Assembly (NCBI GenBank): GCA_963575745.1
Contig: CAUYUJ010000251.1
Span: 1-64,000, forward strand
DNA from: Prorocentrum cordatum
Taxonomy: Eukaryota
DNA length: 64,000 bases
Direction: 5' to 3'
Made by a program: the position numbers and the translations under genes
The notes under the pieces: model-generated
Databases searched by the model: none
The model's input: only the letters and a program-made list of their open reading frames with translations
Told to the model about the DNA's origin: nothing
In this document: positions 27,193-39,488 of the stretch, in pieces
Layout of the letters: each line of letters starts with the position of its first letter
Numbering within the stretch: position 1 is the stretch's first letter

Positions 27193-27795
27193 TTCTCACA
27201 ACCATCCTGTGGTGTTGGGTCCTCGTTTTGAAGAGACGGTCCCCGCGTTCCTCCATCCTCATTTCTTCCTCCCCCTCTTCCATCCTCCGTGCGTTTGCAC
27301 CACCCAGTACAGCGCTTCGTGGCCGCATAGGGAGCTCCACCGAAGCCCCCAGTGGGACCGTCCGGGACGCATGAATTTGGCACTTTCACCCACCCAATAC
27401 AACGCTTCGTGGCCCCATAGGGAGCTCCACCGACGCCCCTAATGGACCACCGTCCGGGACGCATGAATTTGGCATTTTCCCTCGCCCAGTACAGCGCTTC
27501 GTGGCCGCATGGGGAGCTCTACCGAAGCCCCCAATGGGACATCCGGGATGCATGAATTCGGCACTTTCACCCAACAAATAAAGCGTTTGGCCCCATAGGG
27601 AGTTCCACCGACGCCCCCAATGGGACCGTCCAGGACGCATGAATTTGACATGCTCACCCACCCAGTATAGCGCTTCGTGGCCCCCATCGGGAGCTCCACC
27701 GAAGCCCCCCAGTGGGACCGCCCGCGTGCGTCCCACACGCCCAATTCTATGGCAGTTTCGCTCACCCAGTACAGCGTGGGACCTCCCGCATGCGC
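27193..27795 (+). mobile_element. Tandem-array element copy 3, ~89-bp array, tail missing (runs into CA array)
   Basis: Conserved head from 27198 and ~5 units with core CGCTTCGTGGCCCCATAGGGAGCTCCACCGA. Confidence 0.75.
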
Positions 27796-27802
27796 CCCCC
27801 CC

Positions 27803-28614
27803 AACACACACAAACACACACAAACACATACACAAACACGCACGCAGGCACGCACACACACACACACAACACACAAACACAACACACAAACACAACACAC
27901 ACACACACAACACACAACACACAACACACACACACAACAAACACACACCCACACACACACACCCACACACCCACACGCACACACACACACACCACACCCC
28001 CACACCCCCACACCCCCACACCCCCACACCCCCACACCCCCACACCCCCACACCCCCACACCCCCACACACACCCACACACCCATGCTCACACGCACACG
28101 CACGCGCACGCGCACGCGCACGCGCACGCGCACGCGCACACGCACACGCACACGCACACGCACGCGCACACGCACACGCACACGCACACGCACAGCACGC
28201 ACGCACACGCACACGCACACGCACGCGCACGCGCACACGCACGCGCACGCGCACGCGCACGCGCACGCGCAAGCGCACGCGCACGCGCACGCGCACGCGC
28301 ACGCGCACGCGCACGCGCACGCGAACGCGCGCGCGCGCGCACACGCACACGCACACGCACACGCGCACGCGCACGCGCACGCGCCACACGCACACGCACG
28401 CGCACGCGCACGCACACGCACACGCACGCGCGCACGCGCACGCGCACACACGCGCACGCGCACGCACGCACACGCACGCGCACACGCGCGCCACGCACAC
28501 GCTCACGCACACGCACGCGCTCACGCACGCACGCACGCACGCACGCACACGCGCGCATGCGCACGCGCACGCGCACGCGCGCGCGCACGCGCACGCGCGC
28601 GCACGCACGCGCGC

Positions 28615-28659
<45 letters not shown>

Positions 28660-29142
28660 CCCACGCACCACACCACACCCCCACACACGCACACGCACAC
28701 GCACACGCACACGCGCACACACACACACACACACGCACACACACGCACACACACACGCACACACGCACACACACACACGCACACACGCACACGCACGCGC
28801 ACGCACACGCACACGCACACGCAAACGCACACGCACACGCACACGCACACGCACACACACACACACGCACACGCACACGCACACGCACACACATACACAC
28901 ACGCACACACACACACGCACGCACACGCACACGCACACGCACACCCGCACCCGCACCCGCACACACGCGCACACGCACACACGCACACACGCACACACAT
29001 ACACACACAGACACACACACACACACGCACACGCGCACACACACACACACACGCACACACACACACACACACGCACACACACACACACACGCACACACAC
29101 ACCACACACACACGCACACACACGCACACACACACACACACA
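27803..29142. repeat. Compound (CA)n/(CACG)n/(CACGCG)n/(CACACCCC)n microsatellite
   Basis: Directly visible. Confidence 0.98.
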
Positions 29143-29164
29143 TCCGTAGCCACTTTGGCTCAAG
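29143..29164 (+). other. Genomic copy of the dinoflagellate spliced leader (DinoSL)
   Basis: TCCGTAGCCACTTTGGCTCAAG versus consensus DCCGTAGCCATTTTGGCTCAAG: 21/22 match, full length. Confidence 0.92.
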
Positions 29165-29327
29165 GCTATGAACCGCCCGACGACCGCGAGTCCCTTCTCG
29201 GGCGTCTCTGAGCGCGAGGGGGTTCGCGGTCTGAGGCAACTAACTTCGAGCAAGGTTCTCTCTCCTGTGGCTGGCCTGGCCGTCATCCTGCTTCTCGCGG
29301 GCGCAGCTTCAGTGTGGTTGGGGAGCA

Positions 29328-30507
29328 ATGGCGCCAACTGCCGCTGGAGGGAGGCCAGGCGCTCGCGCGGCGCGTCGTGACAAATGGCTGTGCAAATCCT
29401 GCCTGGGACGCGATCGCAAGCCCTCTGAACTTTGCCGACAAGGTACGCTGCAACAGTTGTGGTCTGGCAAAAAGCGTCGTGCACGGGGGCCCCGTCAAGT
29501 CCACCACGCCATCCAAGCCAGCTCCTTGAGCCCAAGGCGGTGGTGGAAGCAAAAGCGCTGGCTCCATCTCGGCGCAGCTGCTGGGGATGCAGAAGCAGGT
29601 GCGCGCTCTCACGTAGGAGCTCAAGCTGGCAGAGGCGAAGGCTCCTGAGGTGAGCGCGCCCCCCGCCGGCGTCAAGAGCGGCGAGGGCGACGCCGGTGCC
29701 GAGTCTGCTGTCAAGAAGCGGCTGGACGAGCTGGATGGCGTTCTCAAGGAGCTGGCTGGCGTCGACGCCCCAGAGGTTGCCCAGCTGGTGGAGTACAAAG
29801 CTGAGCAGGTCAAGTGGCGGGCGCAGCTTTTTCAGGAGAAGCCGCCGTCGCAGCAGCTCAACACTCTCGGTTTCAAGACCACCAAGGTCGAGCAGCATAT
29901 CACCAAGCAGCAGAGCGCCCGCAAGGCGAAGCAGGCGCAGCTGGTGGCCCTGCAGGCGGAGCTCGCTTCGCAGGATGCAGTGCTCGCGGAGCCCCGCAAG
30001 CAGCTGCTCGAGCTCGAGAGCCAGTGGGCCCAGCTCTATGGCGTTCTGCCGCAGCCGCCCACGGGGCCACCTTGCGCCGACGCTGGCAACGACCAGAGCA
30101 GCTGGGCGCTGCCCAAGCTGGAGCAAGTGCTTTTGGCTGCTGGCGCTGCTCCTGACCTGCCGCAGGAGGTGGCTGCAGTGGTGGGCAAGATTCGCCAGCA
30201 CCGCCAGACCCAAGAGCAGCAAGCCCAGGCCCAGCGAGAGGCCAACGAGAAGCAGGCAGCTGAAGCAGCTGCTCAGGCAGCCATAGAGCAGCAGGATGCT
30301 GCCACGGCAGGCGATGCCGATGAGGTCCAGGAGGAGGAGTCGGTCAACCAGGCCACTGCTGAAGAGCTTCGCGATTACCTGCGCGACTCTGGTGCTGAGC
30401 TCCCTAATGCTGCTGAAGCCTCCGAGGAGGAGCTCCGAACAGCTGTCAAGCGCCTCCGCCTGGCCAAGCCCAAGTGGAAGGTGGTCAAGAAGCCACGCGC
30501 GGCCTGA
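29328..30507 (+). pseudogene. LINE ORF1: RanBP2-type Zn finger plus coiled-coil region (frameshifted)
   Basis: WLCKSCLGRDRKP / LNFADKVRCNSCGLAK across a frameshift near 29423, then the Ala/Glu/Gln/Lys-rich helical ORF 29650-30507. Confidence 0.7.
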
Positions 30508-30526
30508 GTTCTCCCTGTCGCCGACC

Positions 30527-33500
30527 ATGACGAGAACCAAGTTGCATACTACCGCAGTTAATGCCAAGCCTTTTAGCACCTTGTCCAAGCACCTCGTCGA
30601 CAGCAGCAGTGACGTGGCCATCGCGCAGGAGCACCACGCGCGCTCTGACAAGCCGAGGTGCAGGGTGACACCCAAGGCGCTGGCTGGCGTGGCGTCTGGT
30701 GCCCCGCGTTGCCCACCGCGGCAAGGGGCACTGAGGGAGGCGTCGCGGTCCTGGCCCAGACTGAACTCGCCGTCGCCCAGGCGCCGCTGCTGGACGACGG
30801 CATCATTGTGCCAGGCGGGGCCGTGGCGGCCCACGTCCATGCTGCCCTGACTGGCGGCTTCGTGGCGGTGGCTCTCTACCTCCGCACGGGCGAGGGCAGG
30901 TCGCCCCCCAACCTGGCGCTGGTGTGGCAGGTCGTGCAGTATGTGAAGCGCGTGGCCGCAGGCCCTGTGCTGTCGTGGGTCGTCGGTGGCGGCTTCGACA
31001 TGTCGCCGCAGGAGCTGCTGGGGCATGACTGGCTCCCCTTGGCTGGCGCCAGGTGCGTTGGCCCGCTGGGGCCGACCTGCATGCAGGCCGTGCCTGCCGC
31101 GACGCTGGGCGATTTCCTGGTGCATGGGCCCATGCTGCATGGCGTCGCGTTCGAGGTTGGCGACTCCGTCACTGGCATCACCTGGCCACATCGGCCCGTC
31201 ACGCTGGCCATTGCCAAGCGCGCGGGGCCGCCGATCGCCCGCGAGCTCGACGAACCGAGGCCATTCCTCGGGAGCCGCCTGTGGGGTGTGCGCGCTACCC
31301 CTGGCGCGGCTGGGGGCAGGTATACGGCTCCATCGATCAGGCGCAGTCTCTTCCCCAGCTCGCGACAGCATGGGGTTTGGTCCTCCGAAGCGTTGGAGGA
31401 GGAGCTTGCAGGAAGACGCGACATCGTCGGCTCTCGCAAGCAGCGCTACGTGGGCAGAGAAGGCACAGTCCAGCAGCGCACGCGCCAACTCCGGCGGCGC
31501 CCTCCTGCGCGACGAGCACGCCACGGCCCCGACGTGAGCGCGTGGACTGTCGCGGCCTGGCGGGCCCAGCACATCATGCAAGTGCGCGGCTGCGCGAGCA
31601 AGACAGTCGCCCAGCTCACAATCTCCCAGGCCGATCAGAAAGAAGAGCAAAACCAGGTGGTCAGGTGGACCCCTCATCGCGCGCGCCGTCTGTCCCTTCC
31701 AATGGCAAGCAGACCGCGCAGGGGAGCAGCAGCGGCCAGGTGGACCCTGCAACTACCCCCTCAGAGGTCAGGCCAGCTCTGGTTTCGACTTTGGAGGCTG
31801 ACCTTATCGAACTAACGCCGGTTGGGGAGCATGGCCCGAACGTGATCGACGGCAGCGCAACTACGCGCACCCTGTATGCCCATGGGAAAGGGCCTGCTGC
31901 TTGTGAGGCCCACAGCGGTGGGGTGGCCGATGCCCTCACACATGTTGTGGCTACTGGCGGCCTGGCGAGGTGCTGCGACGCTCGCCCCGTCGCCCCCTCC
32001 CTGCAAGCCCGAGCGAGGCCCACAGCGGTGGGGTGGGCGAGGCCCTCGCGCAGCAAGTTGCTCCTGGCGGCCTGGTGAGGTGCTGCGACGCTCGCCCCGA
32101 CGCCCTCCCTGTAAACCCGAGCGAGGCCCACCGCGGTGGGGTAGCCGATGACCTCGCACGTGGTGTTGCTCCTGGCGGCCTGGTGAGGTGCTGCGACGCT
32201 CGCCCCGTCGCCCCCCCTGTAGGCCCGAGCGAGGCCCACGGCGGTGGGGTGGCCGATGCCCTCGCGCACGGTGTTGCTGAAGGCGGCATGGAGAGGTGCT
32301 GTGACGCTCGCCCCGTCGCCCCCCCTGCAAGACCGACGCTGCGCAACGTGGGCGGCGAGATGGGCCCCTTCGACGAACTGGATGCGGCGCCGCTGGGCGC
32401 CGAATAAGGTCAGGATGGTCTGGAGGCTGGCGGCCCGCAAAGGCCCGGTCAGGATCCCTCCCCGCTGGTCGCGCTATCCGCGGGGAGGTCGGTCGTCGCC
32501 AAGATGGGCGCTGGTGAAGACAGCCAGTCCCCGGATCCCAGTCTCGCTCACGATGGACACGGAGGTGGTGCTAACCAGGCGGGGCCTGGCGGCCTGCCTA
32601 GGCTTGGTCAGGGCCCCTCCCCGCTGCGCGCTCGACCCGCCGGGGAGCCTTCGCATGCCGCGATGGACGCTGGTGAAGATCGCTAGGCTCCGCCCGAGGA
32701 CCGCGGTGAGGACCCCGACCAGGTAGTGGCGCAGCGACGACGAGAAGCACGCCAACGGGGGCTCCGACGGCGCGCCCAGCACTGGATCGGCGACCCGCTC
32801 CACGACCAGCAGACCGAGCAGGACGTTCTCGACGACTGGATGGAGCGGTGCGTGCCGCGCACAGCGGAGCAGCTGCGGGGCCCAGTCTTCGATGCCCTGT
32901 GGGGCGGTGGCGGCTGGGGCGAGGCCCCGCCGCGAGATGCGCGACGGTGGCATCGGGCCCGTGAGATGTGCGAGTCGGCCTGCCGGCAGCCGCAGCCGCA
33001 GTCGCAGCTGCGCCAACGCTCTGAGGAGGACTGGGCCGAGGCGGCAGACATGGATTTACGAGCCTTCGAGCAGCAGCGGCAGTGGCTCGACCAGCGCTCA
33101 GGCGATCGAGCAGGCCGTGCACCTCAGCCGCGGCCTCCAGGAGCTGCCAGAAGCATGGTCTTCCACGGGTTGCAACACTACACGCGGCTCCATAGCCTGG
33201 CCGCCGAGCTGCTCGCCTTCGAGGCGTTCTTTGGGCGCATCAGCAAGCAGCAGCACATCCTGAGACAGCTGGATGGCGGTGCTCGTGAGATCTTCCAAGC
33301 CAGCCCTAGGGCGCTGGCCAGCCGCTCGGTGGAGGTCCGACTGCAGGGCATCATCGCCAAGGCCAAGGAGTTCACCGCGGAGGCTGTGGCCAGGTGCACC
33401 AAAGCCTGGGCCACTTGGGCGAAAGACGCGTTCGCGGGAGGCGCTGGGCTGGCACGCAGGTTCGCCAAGCCGAGGCAGAAGGTAGAAGTCCCACGGGCCA

Positions 33501-36320
33501 GTGTGAGTGGCCACCCATGCGACCTCGCGAACACGGAGCTCGGCGACTGGAAGGCCATTTGGGAGCACCACCAGCTCGGCGAGGCCTCGCTCCCTCCTGG
33601 TGCTGAGCATTGGCCAGAGCTTCCGCACCTCGCGGTGCAAGACCTGCTCTCGGCCATCCGCTCTACCAAGCAGGGCGCGGCCGTTGGCCAAACAGGCCTC
33701 CGCCCGAGGCAACTCGACGTCCTCTCCGACGAGGCGTTGCTGGCGCTGTCGCTACTATTACACACCTGTGTGCATCGCCTCGGATGACCGCCGCAGCGCA
33801 TCGTTACAGTCCTAATCCGATTACCAAAAGCTGGAGGAGGCATGAGACTGATCGGGCTACTCGACGCGGCGGGTTCGCCTCGGGAGTCGCGCGCGGCGCC
33901 CGCTGGCAGCCCAGTGGGAAGCCACCCATCGAGAGGAGCACGCCTGGGGGCTTGGCCCGGGCATGAGTTCTTCTGCCTCCGTTTTCGCCTACAACCTGTC
34001 CTCGAAGATTACGCTGGCCAGGCAACAGGACGTGATCACACTCATGGTGGACTTGACGAAATGTTTCGAAATGGTTGCGCCTGTAGTATGGGTGCGCGAA
34101 GCTATGAAAGTGGGATTCCCACCGAGACTTGCATGGCGACTGGTGCAGTTATACTGCCAGCCTTGCGTGGGGCGGGCCCACGGTAGCGAGAGCGAGCTCT
34201 ACATCTCGTTCCAGGGCATCGTGGCAGGCTGCCCGCAGGCGACCACGCTCCTGGCGGTGCTGATGCACAGAGCCATGCTGCGGCTCAGCGCCCAATGCCC
34301 CGCGCTGCAGCCCAGGCAGTTGGTGGGCGACGTGCGTTGCAGCGGACTGGCCCCGCTGGCCGCAGTTCGCTGGGGCTTGGTGAAAGCATCGACCAGCTCA
34401 CGCACGAACTCAAGTCCCTCAAGCTGCCCATCCAGGTCAAGAAGCTGGGCTACGTGGCTTCGTCTAATCGCGCTGCACGGCGGTTCAGCTTGGCGGCGCG
34501 GGCTCGGCAAATCGCAGGCCTACCGTGGATCCGCAACCTCGGGCACGAGTTGGGTGGGCCCAGGGTGCGACGCCGCCTGGAGGCCGACAGACTTGCGCAG
34601 CTACGCGGCCGAGTTCGACGATCCATGATTCTCAAGAAGGCAGTGGGTGCCAGGCGCATGGCGCGCATCCAGACGGCTGGACTCGCACCCTCGGTCACGC
34701 ACGGGGCCTCGGTCAGTGGGGTCGCAGACGCCGCGCTCAAGCCGATCCGATCGGTAGCTGCCATGTTGGCAGGAGTGCGCCCCACGGGCAGCATCTGCAG
34801 GGACGTGCTCATGCAGGACCAGGCGCTGTACGACCCGCTCTACGCGGCGACCGCCAGCATCGCCTACATGTATGCGACCCAGCTCTGGGAAGGCCGGGTG
34901 GAAATGCAGGCCCTGAGGGCCGCGCGGCGGTTCTTGGACGGCCAGATGCGCACCCAGCCCAACTGGGGCAAAGTACGTGGACCCATCGGCGCGCTGTGGC
35001 TTTCTTTGGCTCGGATCGGCTGACGGCTCAGCTCGGCTACCACGTTCGAGACCCACCTTGGCACTGTGTTGCGCCTCCTGGAGATGTCACCTCGCGACGT
35101 CCGTGACCAAGTCGACCAGGGGGTCATGCGCTGGCTGTTGGCGCGGGCCGAAAGCCACATCGAGGGGCACAACGGCGAGCAGTTCTGGCACCGCGGCATT
35201 CGGCGGTGCGTGGAGAAGGCCGTTCGGGATCCTTCCGAAGGAGGCTCGCTGCAGTGTGTTTGGACTGATGCGATGTGGCCTCGCCAGAAAAAGTTGGAGA
35301 AGATACTGACCTCTGATGGTCGTTGTCTGGCATGCGGTGCACAGCGTGAGACCCGCGGCCATCGTTGGCACAAGTGCCCTGCGCTCCTGGACCCTGCCCT
35401 GCACGAGACGGAGCCCCCAGAAGCCATCATTAAGACCCGCGAGCGTTTGCTTGAACCAGCAGGCCCTGGAGTCTGCCCTGGATGAGCCCCATGAGGCCCT
35501 GAGGTTTGCCTATGCCATCCCGCTCGAGCTCCCTCCCGCTGAAACCCCGCCCATGTGCCCCGATTTCGTGCACCATTGGGGGGATGCGGAGCTGCCTTGG
35601 GGCGGCCGTCTGTGCATTGATGGCGGTGGTCTTGGCATGGGCACTCCTGAGATTGCCAGACGTTCGCGGGCCGTGGCCCAGTTGCGAGACGACGGCTGGC
35701 CCTGCATGGCGATGTTCGGCACTCTTCCAGGGGCGCAGACGGTGGCCCGAGCTGAGAGATATGCTGGGCTGATCACTGCTTGCCTCTCCCCTCAGGTCAC
35801 CAGTCTTGTCTCGGACCAGTTCAGTTTTGTTGGGGGAGGGCGACTGTGGAGCCCTCGCGACGCGCCCGCCTCGGCTCGCCAAGACAGGAGGCCGCCGTCG
35901 TTTGGAGGTATTCCCTCGCACAAATCCCTGGCCCAAGCTATTGAGCTCGATCTTGACCTCCAGGGTTGGCTCGGTAATGGGTGGGCCGACCTGTTTGCCA
36001 GTGTTGCCCTGGACTTGGCCAGCCTCGCCGAGAGCCTGGCTCGTAGTCTGAAGGTTCGCCTGGAGGAGGCCTGCCTGGACGCTCGTTTCTTGGCGCGGGC
36101 TTCTGCTCGCGTGGCTGGCTCGGGCGCCTGGGGCCCCGTGGAGGCTGACCCTCGGGGACCTCGCCCCGAACCTCGGCCACCCAAACTGCCCACGTTTGTT
36201 GCGCGCGAAATTGCGGCGCTCCCTGGATGGGGGTGCCCGTTGCACGGCTTGCAGCCGCGTCGCTCGCACGGCAGAGGCCGTGCGATGTCTTGAACCGTTT
36301 CCCTGCGTGGCTTCCCGCTT
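30527..36320 (+). pseudogene. LINE ORF2: APE endonuclease, reverse transcriptase, CCHC Zn knuckle, RNase H (multiple frameshifts and stops)
   Basis: APE: TAVNA..DVAIAQEHH, GGVAVL, WVVGGGFD, LGDFLV, WPHRPV (30527-31210). RT: AVGQTGLRP, LPKAGGGMRLIGL, VDLTKCFEMV, QGIVAGC, LVGDV (decayed YxDD), RNLG (33670-34545). CCHC: CLACGAQRETRGHRWHKC (~35325-35380). RNase H: LCIDGG, QTVARAE, VSD, IPSH, GNGWADLFA (35610-36000). Confidence 0.88.
31905..32340 (+). repeat. Four ~108-bp tandem repeats inside LINE ORF2
   Basis: GAGGCCCAC recurs at 31905, 32015, 32123 and 32231. Confidence 0.9.
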
Positions 36321-37511
36321 GGCCGGGCTCCGCGCCCAGGCGGCCATGCAGGCCGAGGGGGTCAGCCCTGCCCCTCCGCGCCCCTCCCCCGCGGTGGCCT
36401 TGGCCCTGGCCGCCGCTGCCGCCGTCGCCGCCACTGCGGCTGAGAGGGCCGAGACTGGCCGTTCGCCCAGGCGGCAAGAGGACGACCCTGCCCCCTCTGT
36501 GCCCCCGCTCAGGTCTCGACGCAGGTTGCACGGAACCCATTCGTCCCAAGCCTTCGAGCTGGACCGATCTGCCCGCGCGCAGGCCTCGACCGAACCCTCG
36601 AGCCCGTCTGGGCGCCGGTTTGCCTCGGAGGTCGCGGGCTCGGGGCCCGACGTTTCCCGCTCCTAGCGTCCCGAGAGCAGCCTCTCGGACGATGCCCGAC
36701 GTGCTGCGATCGTGGGTCGCCTCCTCAGAGCTGCGGGGGGTGCACCCGCTGCCCCTGCCTCTCGCCGCGCCCCGCCCTCTCCTGAGCCCCCCTCGGGGTG
36801 GCTTGCTGGAGGCCCCCCTGGAGGAGCTGGAGGGGTCGGCGTGCGAGGTGGCTGGGAGGGCGGGCGATCGCGCGATGCGAACGCAGTCGAGCAGCCCCGC
36901 CCCGCCGACGGCGGCGCCAGCAACGCCCCCGCCACCGTCGGCGCCTGCTGCTGCGGCGCGGGCTCCGGCGAATGCGGGGCCAGGCGGCCCGCCACCGTGC
37001 CGCGACCGCTGCTTCCACCGAGGAGGGGGGCGGGGAGGCGGCTGGGCCTCGTTCGGGTGGGTCGGAGGAGGTCGTCCTGGACCGAGGCCACGAGATCCTC
37101 GCTCGGCCCCCCTCCACTCTCCGCCGCAGAGGAGGCGCCTTGTCCAAGAAGCAGGTGCGGAGTCTGTCTTCAGCCTGCCCTGGCACGCTCCCTGAGCCTG
37201 GGCAGTGCACGACGCCCGCCGGGCGTGAGCGAGCTCGTCGGAGGGATCGGCTTGTTCAGGGGCTCCACCCGATGACGGGTAAGGCTTTGGGCTCGGGGCC
37301 ACAGGCCGCCGCTCCCTCCCAGGGGTGCCAGTTTTCTGGTTTTTCCCTGGCCTCCGAAGGGTTCGGAGGCTCCTTGATCGGCGATTTGGGGATGGCCTGC
37401 TGCCGAGTTTCTGGTTTTGTCCAGGGGCTCCTAAGCGGCCCACGTGGGCCCCGCTGGTTCAGGCCGCGGTCCGTAGCTCCTTGATGCGGAACGTGCGCCC
37501 TTGATTGCCCG

Positions 37512-37620
37512 ACACACACACACACACCCACACACACACACACAAACACCCACACACCCACACACCCACACACCCACACACCCCCATACCCCCACACCCC
37601 CACACCCCCACACACCCACA
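37512..37620. repeat. (CA)n/(CACACCCA)n tract at the LINE 3' end
   Basis: Directly visible. Confidence 0.95.
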
Positions 37621-37819
37621 TCCTTGTTCCTTATTATTATATACCCCCACCTACCTCGTATTCCGGCCGATAGCAACCCAATCCGGGACCTCCCATCCGG
37701 ACTATAAAAAATTATAGCCGGAGTGCAGTATCCCCAAACAGGGTTTTTAGACCCACTGTGATTTCCAAGGTCGATTGCGTGCCCGTCCAGTGCGGGCTGG
37801 CATGGCATGTTAAAACATG

Positions 37820-38915
37820 CCTCCTCCTCCTCCTCCTCCTCCTCCTCCTCCTCCTCCTCGTCCACCTCCTCTTCATCCCGAAAGGCATCTCGGAGCCCAG
37901 AGTTGCGAGGATGTCTCCAGCGTAACGGGCTGGACCACCTCGCGCGCGGCATCTCGGACCCAGAGTTGCGACGATGTCTCTGGCGAAACGTGGTGCGAGG
38001 AAGTCTCAGGCGAAACGGGCCGGACCACCTCGAGCGCGGCGTCTCAGAGCTCCGAGTTGCGGGGGCCTCCTGGTGCCTCCTGGGGCCTCCTGGGGACCTC
38101 CTGGGGCTTCCTCCTGGGCCTCCTGTGGCCTCCTGAACTCCACCTGGGGTTTCCTGAAGCGTCTTGGGGCTCCCGGGGGATATCTAACCTGTGGCCGCTT
38201 GGGCCCCTCAAAATACAGGGGGACCCACAAGAGCAGGAAAAATCAACGAATCGACACCTGATGTGAATTAACTTGACACGTTCTGACAGGGGGCCTCCTG
38301 GGGCCTCCTGGGAGCCTCCTGGGAATCTCCTGCGGACCCCTTGGGGCCTGTCCTGGGCGTCCTGCGGCCTCCTGGAGCTCTCTGGGGCCTCCCCCTCCTC
38401 CTGCCTGCTCCCTCATGCACATCATCCGCCTCCTCCTTCTCCCTTCCATCTCCTCCTCCTCCTCCTCCTCCTCCTCCTCCTCCTCCTCCTCCACCTCCTC
38501 TTCATTCCGAACGGCATCTCGGAGCCTAGAGTTGCGAGGATGTCTCCAGCGTAACGGGCTGGACCACCTCGCGCGCGGCGTCTCGGACCCCAGAGTTGCG
38601 ACGATGTCTCGGGCGAAACGTGGTGCGAGGAAGTCTCAGGCGAAACGGGCCGGACCACCTCGAGCGCGGCGTCTCAGAGCTCCGAGTTGCGGGGGCCTCC
38701 TGGGGCCTCCTGGGGCCTCCTGGGGACCTCCTGGAGCTTCCTCCTAGGCCTCCTGTGGCCTCGTGAACTCCACCTGGGGTTTCCTGAAGCCCCTTGGGGC
38801 TCCCAGGGGGGATATCTAACCTGTGGCCGTTTGGGCCTCTCCAAATGGAGGGGGGGGCACAAGAGCAGGAAAAATCACCGGATGTGTATTAACTTGACAC
38901 GTTCTGATAGGCGGC
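37820..38915 (+). repeat. Recent tandem duplication, period ~630 bp
   Basis: (CCT)n-CTTCAT..CCGAA.GGCATCTCGGAGCC..AGAGTTGCGAGGATGTCTCCAGCGTAACGGG...ATTAACTTGACACGTTCTGA is near-identical at 37820-38290 and 38450-38910. Confidence 0.9.
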
Positions 38916-39488
38916 CTCCAAGACGACCTCCGAAGGCGTCAGGCGGGACAAGAAAGCTCGAAGACTGCCCAAGAGGGCCCCAAGATGCCCCAAGAGGCCT
39001 TAACGAGGCTCTCCAAGAGGCCCCCAAGGGCCCCTCAGAGGCCGCCAATGCTCAATTGCAGTGGGTCTCTGAGTCAACCTCCCTCACGCAGCGCTGCTGC
39101 GTTGGCCTGTTGGTACAGAGTGCTCCAAAGAAGAATCGCAAACCAGACCGATGATCCAGACACTTGCGAAGTATAAAAAACTAACTATCATTCGCCATTC
39201 TCTTAAACTCAACACCCGTGGCACCAACCAAGACAATGGGGTAACCGCTCAACCTGGCGGCGTGCACAGCGGGGAATGGCGAGGGGCAGACTTCTACGAA
39301 TGCAGGGGGCTCCTTAAAAGACTCCCTGCTTTCCAATTATACTTGTTCGACACCTCTGTTCGGGTTCCCTTCTCAAGAATTCCTCCGCAACCCATCCCAA
39401 CTCCTTACCCGCCGAAGACTACCGTGGTGCGCCCACAACCATACGCATCCGCCAAAGACCAGCCGCGTTGGCATCTGCACCTCGATGT

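Larger units (their letters stand above)
29143..37511 (+). mobile_element. Apparently full-length, decayed APE-type non-LTR retrotransposon (LINE) with RNase H, flanked by (CA)n
   Basis: Colinear ORF1, APE, RT, CCHC and RNase H motifs. Sharp boundaries against CA repeats at both ends. Confidence 0.9.

Noticed and set aside
27439..31752. 1437-aa minus-strand ORF
   Set aside because: It is the antisense shadow of the GC-rich LINE plus translated CA microsatellite.
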